Under the pieces are notes generated by a model. That model was not told the origin of the DNA. It did no database searches and saw nothing but the letters and a program-made list of their open reading frames with translations. A stretch of 64,000 bases of DNA from the NCBI GenBank assembly GCA_963846575.1, contig CAWJWJ010000001.1, forward strand, positions 864,001 to 928,000, written 5' to 3'. The position numbers and the translations under genes were made by a program. Position 1 is the first letter of the stretch; every line of letters starts with the position of its first letter. Below are positions 19,817 to 29,572 of the stretch, piece after piece. Source of the DNA: an uncultured Nitrospiraceae bacterium (lineage in GTDB: Bacteria; Nitrospirota; Nitrospiria; Nitrospirales; Nitrospiraceae).

Positions 19817-20335
19817 TCAAGGCTTGTAGTCAAGGACGTGCATGTGGGGTAGCACGAAATCAGATTCATAGATTTCATAGTTTGAGGGGGACAGCCCAAC
19901 GCGCTTGTACGCACCTTTGGCGATGTTGTTGTTTCCCTCGACGTAGAGTCGGACTCCGCAGACATCCGCCCGCGACCGCGCCAGGTCCATAATGGTGTGA
20001 TGCATCCGTCGATAGATCCCTTTGCGCCGCCAGGCCGGAGGGACATACACACTTTGGATCCACCAGAATTGAGCATTCCGCCAGTCGCTCCACTCATAGG
20101 TGATGAGAAGCTGTCCGACGATGACTGTATCTGTTTGATCCTCTTGCCGCAAGTCAGCTACGTAATATTGACCTCGTGAAGGCTGTTCGATAACGGCTTG
20201 AGTCCCCAAGCGCAGCCTCGTGCGGTCCAAGGTTCGTTGTTCTGTTTCCCATGCCATGGTGGCGCTGAATTCCGTCAGAATCTCCAGATCTGCAAGCGTT
20301 GCCGGCCGAATGTTTAGACGATCGGATGGCGTCAT
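19817..20335 (-). CDS. GNAT-family N-acetyltransferase
   Basis: TYEWSDWRN, WIQSVYV, WRRKGIYR, RLYVEGNN; the ATG overlaps the upstream stop (ATGA). Confidence 0.9.
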   Translation of the reverse strand: MTPSDRLNIRPATLADLEILTEFSATMAWETEQRTLDRTRLRLGTQAVIEQPSRGQYYVADLRQEDQTDTVIVGQLLITYEWSDWRNAQFWWIQSVYVPPAWRRKGIYRRMHHTIMDLARSRADVCGVRLYVEGNNNIAKGAYKRVGLSPSNYEIYESDFVLPHMHVLDYKP

Positions 20336-20964
20336 GACGGGTTTCCGGTCGGAGATGTGAGCCAACCCGGTAAGGGACGATACAATCCGGCGGAAAATTC
20401 CAGTTTTAATGCCTCTTCAGGAAGTAGGCTCAATGGGCGCAACTGGGTTTTCGGGATTAGCGCCAGGTAGCCGGTAAACGGATGGATGGCCGTAGGGACG
20501 AACACCATCACCAGCTCGACCATCGGTGCGATTTGAAGGGCGCGTGGCGGAGCGCCCATAACAAGTCCAAGAGCCCAGAGTCCGTCTCGTGGGAACGGGA
20601 AGGCGACCACAGTGCTTTGCCCGAAGCGGGCTTTGTAATTCAATAGGTCGGTCATACTCTTCAGCGTGAGATAAATGCTGCGGATCAATGGAATGCGTTC
20701 GAGGGTGGCTTCGGTCCAACGGAGGAGCCGCTGTCCGATCACGTGCGTCGCGATGGCGCCGACTGTCAACACCATGCCGGTAAGCAGCAAGATGCCCAAT
20801 CCTGGGATATAAGCTTCCATCCGGTTGCCGATGAGGTTGATCAGGATTGAATCTAACGTCTCGAAGAGGGCCGCCAAAATCAGGAAAGTAGTCCAAGCAG
20901 GAAGCAGGATCAGGAGTCCGGTAATGAAGATGCGTCCGAGCCGATGGGAAGAAGCCACGCTCAA
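20332..20964 (-). CDS. DUF502-family membrane protein
   Basis: FITGLLILLP, LERIPLIRSIY, VFVPTAIHPFTGYL. Confidence 0.85.
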   Translation of the reverse strand: MSVASSHRLGRIFITGLLILLPAWTTFLILAALFETLDSILINLIGNRMEAYIPGLGILLLTGMVLTVGAIATHVIGQRLLRWTEATLERIPLIRSIYLTLKSMTDLLNYKARFGQSTVVAFPFPRDGLWALGLVMGAPPRALQIAPMVELVMVFVPTAIHPFTGYLALIPKTQLRPLSLLPEEALKLEFSAGLYRPLPGWLTSPTGNPS

Positions 20965-21126
20965 TCCTGGGTTCGATAATCGGATGTGACAGAGATAATC
21001 TACGATACCAGATATAAAATGCGATTTGGTATCTTCTTGATCTACCAGTTCATTTGGACTATCTTTCCCCTAACCTTTCAGTCACCCGATTTGGGTGAGA
21101 TTGTGGGAGATACTGTGACCAACGAT

Positions 21127-21399
21127 ATGCCCAAAAAAGTGAACCTTGATAAGGATCTCTTAGCCATTCTCTGTTGCCCCGAGACGAAGCAGGCTGTAAT
21201 TCTCGCCGACGATGTGTTGATTCAGAAAGTAAATGGCGCCATCGAGCGGGGAGCCCTCAAGAACAAAGCCGATAAGCCTGTCACAGAAAGACTCGACGGG
21301 GGTCTTATCCGCTCAGATCTCCAAGTGCTTTATCCTATCCGCGAGGACATCCCGGTCATGCTCATAGACGAAGGAATCCCGCTCGCGCAGCTTTCGTAA
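21127..21399 (+). CDS. Trm112-family protein
   Basis: LLAILCCPETKQ...YPIREDIPVMLIDE. Confidence 0.85.
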   Translation: MPKKVNLDKDLLAILCCPETKQAVILADDVLIQKVNGAIERGALKNKADKPVTERLDGGLIRSDLQVLYPIREDIPVMLIDEGIPLAQLS

Positions 21400-21556
21400 T
21401 CGAGCCTTCTCGACATTGTGCGCTCCCCTACTGCGGTCACACAATCCTTACCCACTTCGAAATGCACAGACGGCCCAACATCTACACGGGGCTGGCACGG
21501 TCATGGTCGTAGTGCACGCCGCAAAAGGCACGGGGGTTGCTTTGTTGGCCGAGCTT

Positions 21557-21856
21557 TCAGGGAGCGAGCAGTCCGCCCTCTGCTGAGGATTTTTCTGTCT
21601 TCGATCCCGTAGAACATCCGCATTGGACGCAGAGATATTCAAAGAGATTGCCGGTTGGCAACACCAGCAGCAGACGTTGACGGGTGGGGGTAGCTTGGCG
21701 GCAATTCCCACAGTAGAGCAAGGAGGCGTTGAACGAATCGTATTGGTCCGTCCCCTGTTGTCGTCCTTCCGATGGAGGCATCGATCGGGGGCGGACGGGA
21801 CGTGGAGGCCAATTAGGTGACGAGGGTCTGTTTGGCAATCGTGACATGGGAGCCAT
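21557..21856 (-). CDS. Small zinc-ribbon hypothetical protein
   Basis: LYCGNC...LLLVLPTG...YLCVQCG; start uncertain. Confidence 0.7.
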   Translation of the reverse strand: MAPMSRLPNRPSSPNWPPRPVRPRSMPPSEGRQQGTDQYDSFNASLLYCGNCRQATPTRQRLLLVLPTGNLFEYLCVQCGCSTGSKTEKSSAEGGLLAP

Positions 21857-21899
21857 TTTACTTATAGAGGAGTATGCGACGCAATGGGAGGAGTAGTTC

Positions 21900-22139
21900 T
21901 TATGGATGACCGACGCGTTGGTCGATAGGTGATTCTGGCTCCTCACCGCTTCTGCCCCGGCAAACCCACCAGAGCGATCGTGCAACCTGCACCACAATGT
22001 ACAGTGCGAATCCTGAGAGAAGTCCGTATAGCCAGGCCTTACTCCACGGCCACAGGTCTGGTGCATGTAGCACTACGGCAAGCGCAACATGGCCCCCCAA
22101 TCCGAGACAGATGGCAAAGATGATCCATTCACGGGCCAT
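21900..22139 (-). CDS. Small two-TM hypothetical membrane protein
   Basis: GAGGG RBS; two hydrophobic helices. Confidence 0.65.
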   Translation of the reverse strand: MAREWIIFAICLGLGGHVALAVVLHAPDLWPWSKAWLYGLLSGFALYIVVQVARSLWWVCRGRSGEEPESPIDQRVGHP

Positions 22140-22196
22140 AGTCGCCCTCGGAGGAGGCCATGACGAAGGTTAAGCCTAGAGACAATCGACGGGCGG

Positions 22197-22565
22197 TCAA
22201 ACGGAGGTCTTGGCAGATTCGATTTCGGTTGCCGTAATCAAGCTGGACAAATAATCTGCCACGAAGGTCAGGGCCTCCTCCCGTCCATCGGCTCGTCGAC
22301 CCTTTTCGCGACGCTGCACCGAGAGCTCATGGTCCAAGTCTGATTTCACCTCGGTCAGCACTCGCTGGAGCGTGGTGGGAGTGATATTGGCATCCATGTC
22401 CTCGAGTTCCTGGCATCGGTCCAGGACCCAGTTCAACCCTTCAATACGGCCGGCATAATGTTCCTGCTCGGCAGTATCGATTCGAGACATGGTCGTCGCG
22501 AATGTTTGCGCTTCATAGACCAGGTTATAGAAACTCGTAACGGCACGCTGCAACGTGGGATTCAT
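22197..22565 (-). CDS. Hypothetical helical protein (122 aa)
   Basis: AAGGAG RBS, upstream TATAAT at 22598-22603, clean ORF. Confidence 0.78.
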   Translation of the reverse strand: MNPTLQRAVTSFYNLVYEAQTFATTMSRIDTAEQEHYAGRIEGLNWVLDRCQELEDMDANITPTTLQRVLTEVKSDLDHELSVQRREKGRRADGREEALTFVADYLSSLITATEIESAKTSV

Positions 22566-22651
22566 AGTGCTCCTTGGCTCGTGAATAGGTTCTCGTGATT
22601 ATACCTGAGATTGAAGGGGCGACAAGGTATTTTTTTGGGTCGAAGACTGAT

Positions 22652-22981
22652 CTATGTGAACAGAAGCGAGTGAAACTCGTTCATGAACCCATAGTAGAGG
22701 GGGGCAAAATCCTTCAGACTGTCCGGACTGTTTTCCTTAAGGCGTTTGAAAAAAAACACCTGAGCACGCGGGTCCAACTGTTCGAGGAGTCGACTGAGCT
22801 GTGCCATCGTATAGCTGCCCGCAGGGACACTCAGCACGTAATGCACCAACCGCTCGACGAACTGTTGCCCTACATACTCGCTGGTGATAAGGCCTTCAGG
22901 AATCTTGCCCGATGCCAGATACTCATCGAAGGGGATCGCTTGTGCAGCAAAAGGAGAAGACTGCTGCGGACGAGAGGTCAC
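22652..22981 (-). CDS. Hypothetical protein (109 aa)
   Basis: GAGG RBS, GTG start, natural composition, same strand as neighbours. Confidence 0.72.
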   Translation of the reverse strand: MTSRPQQSSPFAAQAIPFDEYLASGKIPEGLITSEYVGQQFVERLVHYVLSVPAGSYTMAQLSRLLEQLDPRAQVFFFKRLKENSPDSLKDFAPLYYGFMNEFHSLLFT

Positions 22982-23173
22982 GCTGGGGGTACCTCGTTAA
23001 TAAGTAGAAAGGCACAAGCACACAATACGGTCACTCTACTCAAGCCCCTTGGGTCCGTCAAGTGGACAGAAGCCGCAGATCCACCTGAGCCGAAAGGCTT
23101 GGACCATGAAGAGTAGAAGGGGTAAGACGTGTTACAAGGTCGGAAGAGAACGTCGACAATCGCAGCGCCTGGC

Positions 23174-23203
23174 TTGACAGTCCTCACGCCTGGCCGGTAG
23201 AAT
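23174..23203 (+). promoter_or_regulatory. sigma70 promoter for tRNA-Gly
   Basis: TTGACA-N18-TAGAAT ending 27 nt before the tRNA. Confidence 0.7.
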
Positions 23204-23230
23204 CCCGCTTCTCCGATCTGGTCTGACGAA

Positions 23231-23305
23231 GCGGGAATAGCTCAGTGGTAGAGCATCGCCTTGCCAAGGCGAGGGTCGCGGGTTCAAATCCCGTTTCCCG
23301 CTCCA
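23231..23305 (+). tRNA. tRNA-Gly (anticodon GCC)
   Basis: GCGGGAA/TTCCCGC acceptor stem, D-arm GCTCAGTGGTAGAGC, anticodon arm TCGCC-TTGCCAA-GGCGA, T-loop TTCAAAT, encoded CCA. Confidence 0.98.
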
Positions 23306-23390
23306 ATTTTCTTTCGCACTTGCACAAGCCCCCCGACGCCAACACCCTCACGGTGATACTTTTTGAGGCTCGGCGGCTGAATGCGCTCCA

Positions 23391-23515
23391 GATTAACACA
23401 CACTCTTTGAGACTCTCCCGCGAGTGATGCACGTAGCGTTGCGTCATGGCCGCTGGTTTATGTCCCCGCAGGCGTTGCATTGGGGGGCACCGATACCTCA
23501 GTCGGGTCGAGCGGC
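23391..23515 (-). pseudogene. C-terminal remnant of a tyrosine recombinase (integrase)
   Basis: STRL...QRLRGHKPAAMTQRYVHHSRESLK resembles integrase box II (LLGH...MTxRY with the catalytic Tyr). It points toward the tRNA 3' end. Confidence 0.7.
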
Positions 23516-23565
23516 AGTTCCGTCGTTTCGCGGGTGTCCCTCGGGTTGTCTCCCGGCAGGTGGTG

Positions 23566-24537
23566 TCAGAGTTCTCCTTCCGGCTTAGGGGGTGGGGCTG
23601 CCGGGTGGTCTGATGTCGTCGTTGGCTCCTCGCCGGGCCGCGCGGACCTCCGTCGATGCTCAAAGATCCAGGCTGCCTCTGCGCCCAACACAAAGACTAT
23701 TGATGCGTAGTAGAGCCAGAGGAAAAAGAATAAAAAGGCTCCCAGGGCTCCATACAGAACAACGCTGGCCTGCGCGAATTCCACGTACCAGCCAAACGCT
23801 TGCTTGGCAAGCGCGAATAGGGCGACTGCCACCGCGGCTCCTACCGCAAGGGAGCTTGGCTTCAACGTTCTGACTGGCGAGAATCGATAGAGTCCCAAGA
23901 TCAGGCCGACCCCCAAGGCAATTCCCAGGACGCGATGAATCATGCCAATGCCCTGCCCGAACCAGAGGCCCGTTCCTGGCAGCTGGCCGCCGGTCCGACC
24001 GAACAGCGCAAACAATGCCGCCAGGCCAATTGCGACGACCAGCAGCCCCACGCAGAACGCCATCATGAGAAGATCGTGAGCGGTGCCGCGTAGCAAACTT
24101 CGGGCGGGGCCGGCTCGGAACACCGTATTCAACACATGTCGAATGAAACCAAATACGGTGGTACTGAACGCCACAAAGAATGTAAACCCCACCACCCCAA
24201 GCAATCCTCGGTCAGCTACGACTGCGGCTACATTTTCTGAAAACAGGTGTTGAGACTGAGGGAAGAACTGTTGGAGTACGGATTGAACCTCTTCCATGGC
24301 CTGCTTGGATTCAAGCAGAGTATATCCCAGCATAGAGATCATCACGAGGGTCAAGGGTATGGAGTACAGTACCAGGCTGAAGGCCAATCCACCCGCAAGA
24401 AATAATCCGTTATCCCTGCCAAATTTTAGCAGCACCTCAACGGCGAGCCTCCAGGCCAGAACCCCTCCCCGCCCCACGCGTATGAGCACCGACAATTCGT
24501 TCCAACCTTTCTGCGCAGTGGAGTTATTCGAGCTCAC
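23566..24537 (-). CDS. YihY/virulence factor BrkB-family membrane protein
   Basis: DNGLFLAGGLAFSLVLYSIP; YGALGAFLFFFLWLYYASIVFVLGAE. Confidence 0.88.
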   Translation of the reverse strand: MSSNNSTAQKGWNELSVLIRVGRGGVLAWRLAVEVLLKFGRDNGLFLAGGLAFSLVLYSIPLTLVMISMLGYTLLESKQAMEEVQSVLQQFFPQSQHLFSENVAAVVADRGLLGVVGFTFFVAFSTTVFGFIRHVLNTVFRAGPARSLLRGTAHDLLMMAFCVGLLVVAIGLAALFALFGRTGGQLPGTGLWFGQGIGMIHRVLGIALGVGLILGLYRFSPVRTLKPSSLAVGAAVAVALFALAKQAFGWYVEFAQASVVLYGALGAFLFFFLWLYYASIVFVLGAEAAWIFEHRRRSARPGEEPTTTSDHPAAPPPKPEGEL

Positions 24538-25041
24538 TGCGCGCTACGCGTCGGGCGCAGCATTTGGCTTTGGACGGTGATTCCGTCTGATGCTTTGACC
24601 TAGTGAGATTCCAGCGTCACGACCATGGGTCCCGTCATGAGGAAAAGAACCCCTCAATACCGAAGACCCTCTTCAGGATGCCGCTCCTAGGATCGGCTAG
24701 AGGAAAGATAGAGGGGCCAAGAACGCGGTTTCCCGACCGGATGCAGCGGCCACTTATTCTAATCGAACTGCTGGCTCTCAATATACGTGTGGCAATAGCG
24801 AGGCTGCTATTTATCCAGAGGGGGCAGCTGAAAGGGCTGGAGATGACTGCCAGTTCATGCGCAATCAGGTGTTGGAGGCATTCTAGAACAGTAGAATAGG
24901 TGCCATTTGCGAGAGGAGAAATCTCCGTGCCCGTTCAGGTTTTCAGTACAAAAGTATCCATATGTATGGGGGAACGTCCTTGGCAGACCCATAGAAGATG
25001 GCCACTTTTGAATAGCCTGGGCACGGCATCGGTCGAGTCGC

Positions 25042-27282
25042 TTAAGGCGATGATGGAAAGCAGGTTTGAGACTGGCCAGGCTTTTTTGAAGAAGAGCTCG
25101 ATCGAACAAGTTTTCGGAGCGTGTGCAGGTGGCCCTCAGCGTAGGAGCGTTCTTCTGCTGTCAAAGGAGCCTCTCCGAACCGGACTCGGGCATAGAGATG
25201 CGTCAGTGCGCCGGCTGCGGGCCAGGCCTCGCCCCATTGCTCATGAATATGCTGCAGAAACTCCAGGGGTGTGGCGCTTGCACTTTTTGCGATGCCGTGC
25301 CGGGCAAAACAATCGACCATGCTGCGGTAGAGAGCGATGACGATGCGCTGATCGGATGAATACAGGTCCTCGCGCAACCGCTTCCCCCCATAACGTCGAA
25401 ACCGGTGCAGCAGCAGGTAGCTTGTTACAAGGGCCAGCGCGAGAAGGAGAGCCACATGTGGAATGGTAGATGGGGTGAGCGTTTTAAGGAGTGTGCCGAG
25501 CATCCTGGCACCGTTCGCGAGCATGCTGGTCAGGGAGTTGGACAGTTTCGTGCGTACAGCATCTCCGCTTTCCCGCAGACCCTGTACGACGGCGAATTGG
25601 TCGCTTGCACTGTAACTCACGAAAAGACTGTCCCATTGGAGGCGGGCCGAATCCACTACACTGCCGGCGGATTCCCACCAACTCTGAGTCGTCGCTTCTG
25701 CCGAGGAAGGGGTAGGATCCAGTGTGAGCCAGCCCGATTGTGGGAAATAGACCTCTACCCAGGCGTGGGCGTCCCGTTGGCGCACCGTGTAGTACTGCCC
25801 GAATTCGTTCCATTCGGTCGCCAGAAATCCCGTCACCAACCGGGCGGGGATTCCGACCGCGCGGAGCAACATCACCATAGCAGTCGCATAGTGTTCACAG
25901 TATCCCGTTTTCCGTGTCAGGAGAAAGTCTTCCAGCGGATGAGCAGACTGGAGGGATGACACATCCAGGGTATAGCGGTAGTTACTGAGCAGGTGTGAGC
26001 GGATCAGCTGGACGGTTGCCGAGACGCTGATGGCTGGCTCAGTGACTCGACGTGCGAGATCCATGATCCGTGGGTCCAGAAAAGGTAGCTGCAAATACTG
26101 TTGGACGATGAATTCGGGGTATACAAAGGCAGTGGCCGAGCTCTCTGACGTGGCTAGATCAGTCGGGAGCGAATAGGCCGTATAGTGGATGCGGGTGTGC
26201 GAAGGAAAGGGCAGGTGCAGGGATCCCATCAGGTCGGCCTGTACCGAGAGAAAATTGCCTTTGATGGAAACCGGGGTGGACACTCCAAAAAGCACTGCCG
26301 TATCGAGCGGCTCGAGCAGTATGTCTTGGCGGAGCCCTCTGGCTGCCATAGAGGATTGAAGGCCAGGTATTGGGAGCGTAAAGGTGCCCTGAGGAAGTTC
26401 CGTAAGCGTGCGGCGAAGGGGCAAACTATTGCTCCAGGATTTTCCGTTGTAACGATTGTAGGCGACCCCCCGGACATACAGAGGGTCTCGCCTGGAGGTG
26501 TCTCCCACCGCCTTCGGCAATTCGATCCGCATCACGATGCTGGGATCTTGTTTGACCGGGCCAATGGCTCCCAGGTCGACGCGCTCCGTAAATCCTGTCG
26601 TCCGCAGGCTCTTCCCGTCCTCTTGGTGAAGAAATCCCGTACCGATTCGGGGAATCATGAAAAAAAACAGCAACGTGAGGCCGAATGCCACAGCCGCCAT
26701 CGCGTTGGCAGTCCAGAAGAAGCTGGCTGTGATGCGGGGTGACGATGAGGTTGCCTGCGCCTGGTTAGGAGTGATCGATTGGCGTAAGGCGTACTCATCC
26801 TGTTCTTTCACGAGGTGGTAAAGAAGCAGCGTCCAGACTCCGGTCACGAGGTAGAGGAAGAACAGTGGCGCATACCATATCTGGGTAACGAGGGCGGCAG
26901 AGGCCAGCAGCATGATTAGGCTGATTGCGTAGAGATGCAAGACGTCCTGTCCTTGATCGAGAGTCGCGAGCTTGTTGACCATGAGAAGTATGAGAAAGTG
27001 GACCCCGGCTGAGAGGAGCTCCTGCGAGAGGAGTAAGAGGTCGATCCAAAACCCCACGAACGCGAGGAGGAGAAAAACGTTCCACGTGACCGCAGAGAAA
27101 TGGAGGCGTAGGGAGAGACCGGCGATCCATGACGCGCGATATACGCGCAGGAGTGAAAGAATAAACGCAATGCTGGTCAAGATAAAAAGCCAGGGAGGAA
27201 GCACAAGCGCAAGTGCAAGGCTCGTGAAACTCGTAGTGGCCAGCAGGATTGCGCTAAGCCTGAAGGCGTGATCCAGCAGCAT
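25042..27282 (-). CDS. DUF3488 + transglutaminase-like (TgpA-type) membrane protein
   Basis: Multiple N-terminal TMs; GYCEHYA, GIPARLVTGF, HAWVEVY and LDPTP catalytic triad motifs; C-terminal DUF4129-like region. Confidence 0.9.
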   Translation of the reverse strand: MLLDHAFRLSAILLATTSFTSLALALVLPPWLFILTSIAFILSLLRVYRASWIAGLSLRLHFSAVTWNVFLLLAFVGFWIDLLLLSQELLSAGVHFLILLMVNKLATLDQGQDVLHLYAISLIMLLASAALVTQIWYAPLFFLYLVTGVWTLLLYHLVKEQDEYALRQSITPNQAQATSSSPRITASFFWTANAMAAVAFGLTLLFFFMIPRIGTGFLHQEDGKSLRTTGFTERVDLGAIGPVKQDPSIVMRIELPKAVGDTSRRDPLYVRGVAYNRYNGKSWSNSLPLRRTLTELPQGTFTLPIPGLQSSMAARGLRQDILLEPLDTAVLFGVSTPVSIKGNFLSVQADLMGSLHLPFPSHTRIHYTAYSLPTDLATSESSATAFVYPEFIVQQYLQLPFLDPRIMDLARRVTEPAISVSATVQLIRSHLLSNYRYTLDVSSLQSAHPLEDFLLTRKTGYCEHYATAMVMLLRAVGIPARLVTGFLATEWNEFGQYYTVRQRDAHAWVEVYFPQSGWLTLDPTPSSAEATTQSWWESAGSVVDSARLQWDSLFVSYSASDQFAVVQGLRESGDAVRTKLSNSLTSMLANGARMLGTLLKTLTPSTIPHVALLLALALVTSYLLLHRFRRYGGKRLREDLYSSDQRIVIALYRSMVDCFARHGIAKSASATPLEFLQHIHEQWGEAWPAAGALTHLYARVRFGEAPLTAEERSYAEGHLHTLRKLVRSSSSSKKPGQSQTCFPSSP

Positions 27283-28426
27283 TGAAGAGGTCTCTATGAG
27301 ACTGAGGAGAAATGAGGTGATCAACTGCATGCCAATGTTCATGATGGTCCGGGCCGGTCCGGGGCAGCAGCAAGACCGTCAGACTGCCATCCGACTGTGC
27401 GAGTGACTGTGACATGCCTTCGTGAATGGCAAAAGCCGATGTCACAGGCTGTCGCTCGCAGAGAGCGAGTGAATGGAGGAGTTGATGGATCTGTTCCGGT
27501 CCGCTGGCGAGAAGCTCCGGCCCATCTCCAAGCAGGAGGCGAACGTGGAACTCGCGGTTCAGCCAAAAGTCGAGAAGTGATGCGGCGATGGAGAGTGTTC
27601 GTTCGAAGGCCTCATCCTCGTCGATAGTGGCGACGGTTGAGACTGCAAGGGTGACCCATCGCCGGTTTTCTGCTTCGGTTTCCTTGAGCATCAGCCTCGA
27701 GGTCCGCGCCGTCGTCATCCAATGAATGGCACGTGAGTCGTCACCTGGGCGAAACTCCCGCAGGTTATAGAGCGAGTTGCCTTGCCCACGTCGAGCCGCT
27801 ACGTGATGCTGTCCCAGTGTTCGCAATTCCTGCAGCCGCAGCGGTGGCAGGGGGATCATTGCGGGGCAGACGAGGAGGCTGGCCTCGAACGAATAGAAAG
27901 CGGTCTTCTGAAACAGTCTGAAGGGAAATGCCGTCACGACTCCGACTCCGTCAAACCGGTACCGGCCGCGCCGAGAGACCAGCAGCGGATAGGAGATCAG
28001 CGTGGAGGAACGGGGTGCGAGGTGCGGGAGGCGAATTCCGCGGTCGAGATCCTGGCCGGCCACGCGATCGTAGAGAGATAGGGACACGCTCGGCAGGTGC
28101 GACTTGTGATTGGCTACCCGGAGCGTCACAGTCGCCGGTTGATTGGCACAAAGATGTTCCGGAAGGTGGCGATAAAATTCCAATCCCCGGAGACTTTGTT
28201 CGGACAGGACACTGGACAGGACAATCAGACTCAGCATCATGGCCATGAGGAGATAGAATAAATTGTTGCCGGTGTTGACCGCGGCGATCCCGACGGCTAC
28301 CGTCAGCAACAGAAAGCGGGTCCCTTCGCTGGTCAATCGAATGGCGCGGTGGTGATACAGATGTCTGATCCCTGCCGGAAAGGTGCCGGGCCCTGTGCCG
28401 GAATTCCCATGGTGTCCGAGTGGCAT
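27254..28426 (-). CDS. DUF58-domain protein
   Basis: AAVNTGNNL, RRGRY, LREFRPGDDSRAIHWMTTAR. Confidence 0.9.
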   Translation of the reverse strand: MPLGHHGNSGTGPGTFPAGIRHLYHHRAIRLTSEGTRFLLLTVAVGIAAVNTGNNLFYLLMAMMLSLIVLSSVLSEQSLRGLEFYRHLPEHLCANQPATVTLRVANHKSHLPSVSLSLYDRVAGQDLDRGIRLPHLAPRSSTLISYPLLVSRRGRYRFDGVGVVTAFPFRLFQKTAFYSFEASLLVCPAMIPLPPLRLQELRTLGQHHVAARRGQGNSLYNLREFRPGDDSRAIHWMTTARTSRLMLKETEAENRRWVTLAVSTVATIDEDEAFERTLSIAASLLDFWLNREFHVRLLLGDGPELLASGPEQIHQLLHSLALCERQPVTSAFAIHEGMSQSLAQSDGSLTVLLLPRTGPDHHEHWHAVDHLISPQSHRDLFNAAGSRLQA

Positions 28427-28477
28427 CCCGGTGCGCTCCTATTTTCAGAGGACAACTGCTGGGCACCGGAAAGGCTA

Positions 28478-29419
28478 TTACAATGGGACAGGCACGCTCT
28501 CGAGAATCTCCTGAATGATTCGCTCGGTGTGGTCAAAGGCCTTCGTGCGCAGACCCTGGGACAGATTCGGCATCACTCGGTGCGCCAGGATGGTTGGAGC
28601 AAGCTCCTTGATGTCCTCAGGCAGGCAATACGCTCGATCACGCACCAAGGCTAACGCCTTCGCCGCTTTGCACAGTGCGAGCGCCCCTCGCGTGCTGACA
28701 CCCAGTGACAGCAGCTCGCTCTGGCGTGTCGCGAGCACGATGGCCAGAAGGTAATCCATGAGGCTGTCGTCCATCTGGACCTTTTCGACTTGAGCTTGAA
28801 GATCTATAACCTGTTGCGCCGTGAGCACGGGTTGAATCTCGTCTGCCGGATGCAGCAATGACGGCCGCTCCAACACCTTCTTTTCCTCGTTGGGCGTAGG
28901 ATATCCGATACGGAGCCGCATGAGGAATCGGTCCAGCTGGGACTCCGGGAGCGGGAACGTGCCGTGGTACTCAGCGGGGTTCTGTGTGGCAATGACCATG
29001 AATGGTTGCGATAGCGAATGCGTGTGGTTGTCCACTGAGATCTGGGCCTCGCTCATCGCCTCCAGCAGACTACTTTGAGTTTTTGGTGTCGTACGGTTGA
29101 TCTCGTCGGCGAGTACGATATGAGCAAAGAGGGGCCCAGGCATGAATTCAAATCCCTGTTTTTGGCGGTTGAAAACAGAGATGCCGACAATATCTGACGG
29201 GAGCAGATCGCTGGTGAATTGGATGCGTTTGAATGAGCAATCCAGAGAGCGCGCAAGGCTGTGGGCCAGCGTGGTCTTGCCAACGCCGGGAACGTCTTCG
29301 ATCAAAAGGTGTCCCCGGGCTAGCAAGCAGACGATGGCCATCTCAATCACTCGCGCCTTGCCTTTGATGACCAGCGCAATGTTCTCCTGCAGTGCTTTGA
29401 TTGATTGAGGGGAATTCAC
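28478..29419 (-). CDS. MoxR-family AAA+ ATPase
   Basis: EDVPGVGKT, RIQFTSDLLPSD, LADEINR, ATQNP, PLPESQLDRF. Confidence 0.95.
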   Translation of the reverse strand: MNSPQSIKALQENIALVIKGKARVIEMAIVCLLARGHLLIEDVPGVGKTTLAHSLARSLDCSFKRIQFTSDLLPSDIVGISVFNRQKQGFEFMPGPLFAHIVLADEINRTTPKTQSSLLEAMSEAQISVDNHTHSLSQPFMVIATQNPAEYHGTFPLPESQLDRFLMRLRIGYPTPNEEKKVLERPSLLHPADEIQPVLTAQQVIDLQAQVEKVQMDDSLMDYLLAIVLATRQSELLSLGVSTRGALALCKAAKALALVRDRAYCLPEDIKELAPTILAHRVMPNLSQGLRTKAFDHTERIIQEILESVPVPL

Positions 29420-29572
29420 GATGGGGTATTTTCGAAGGGTGTCATGCCAGGTGTGTAGTGGACTGCCCGAAGTCTAACAAAGGGTCCGGAGACCGTCAAT
29501 TTATACGGAGTTTCAAACGTCTCGGTGACGAGCGCTCTTCGCGAGGACACTTTTCATGACGCCCCTGGTAGG

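Noticed and set aside
23184..23693. 169-aa ORF spanning the tRNA as an intact gene
   Set aside because: Runs antisense through tRNA-Gly and overlaps YihY; only the ~40-aa integrase-like segment is credible.
24721..24740. GTTTCCCG as a possible attR copy of the tRNA-Gly 3' end
   Set aside because: Only an 8-bp match, which is expected by chance.
24603..25109. Short ORFs 24603..24899(+) and 24855..25109(-)
   Set aside because: No RBS, motif or natural composition; treated as non-coding or decayed.
25042..29419. MoxR-DUF58-transglutaminase triad as a novel system
   Set aside because: A widespread, already described gene arrangement with no unusual feature here.
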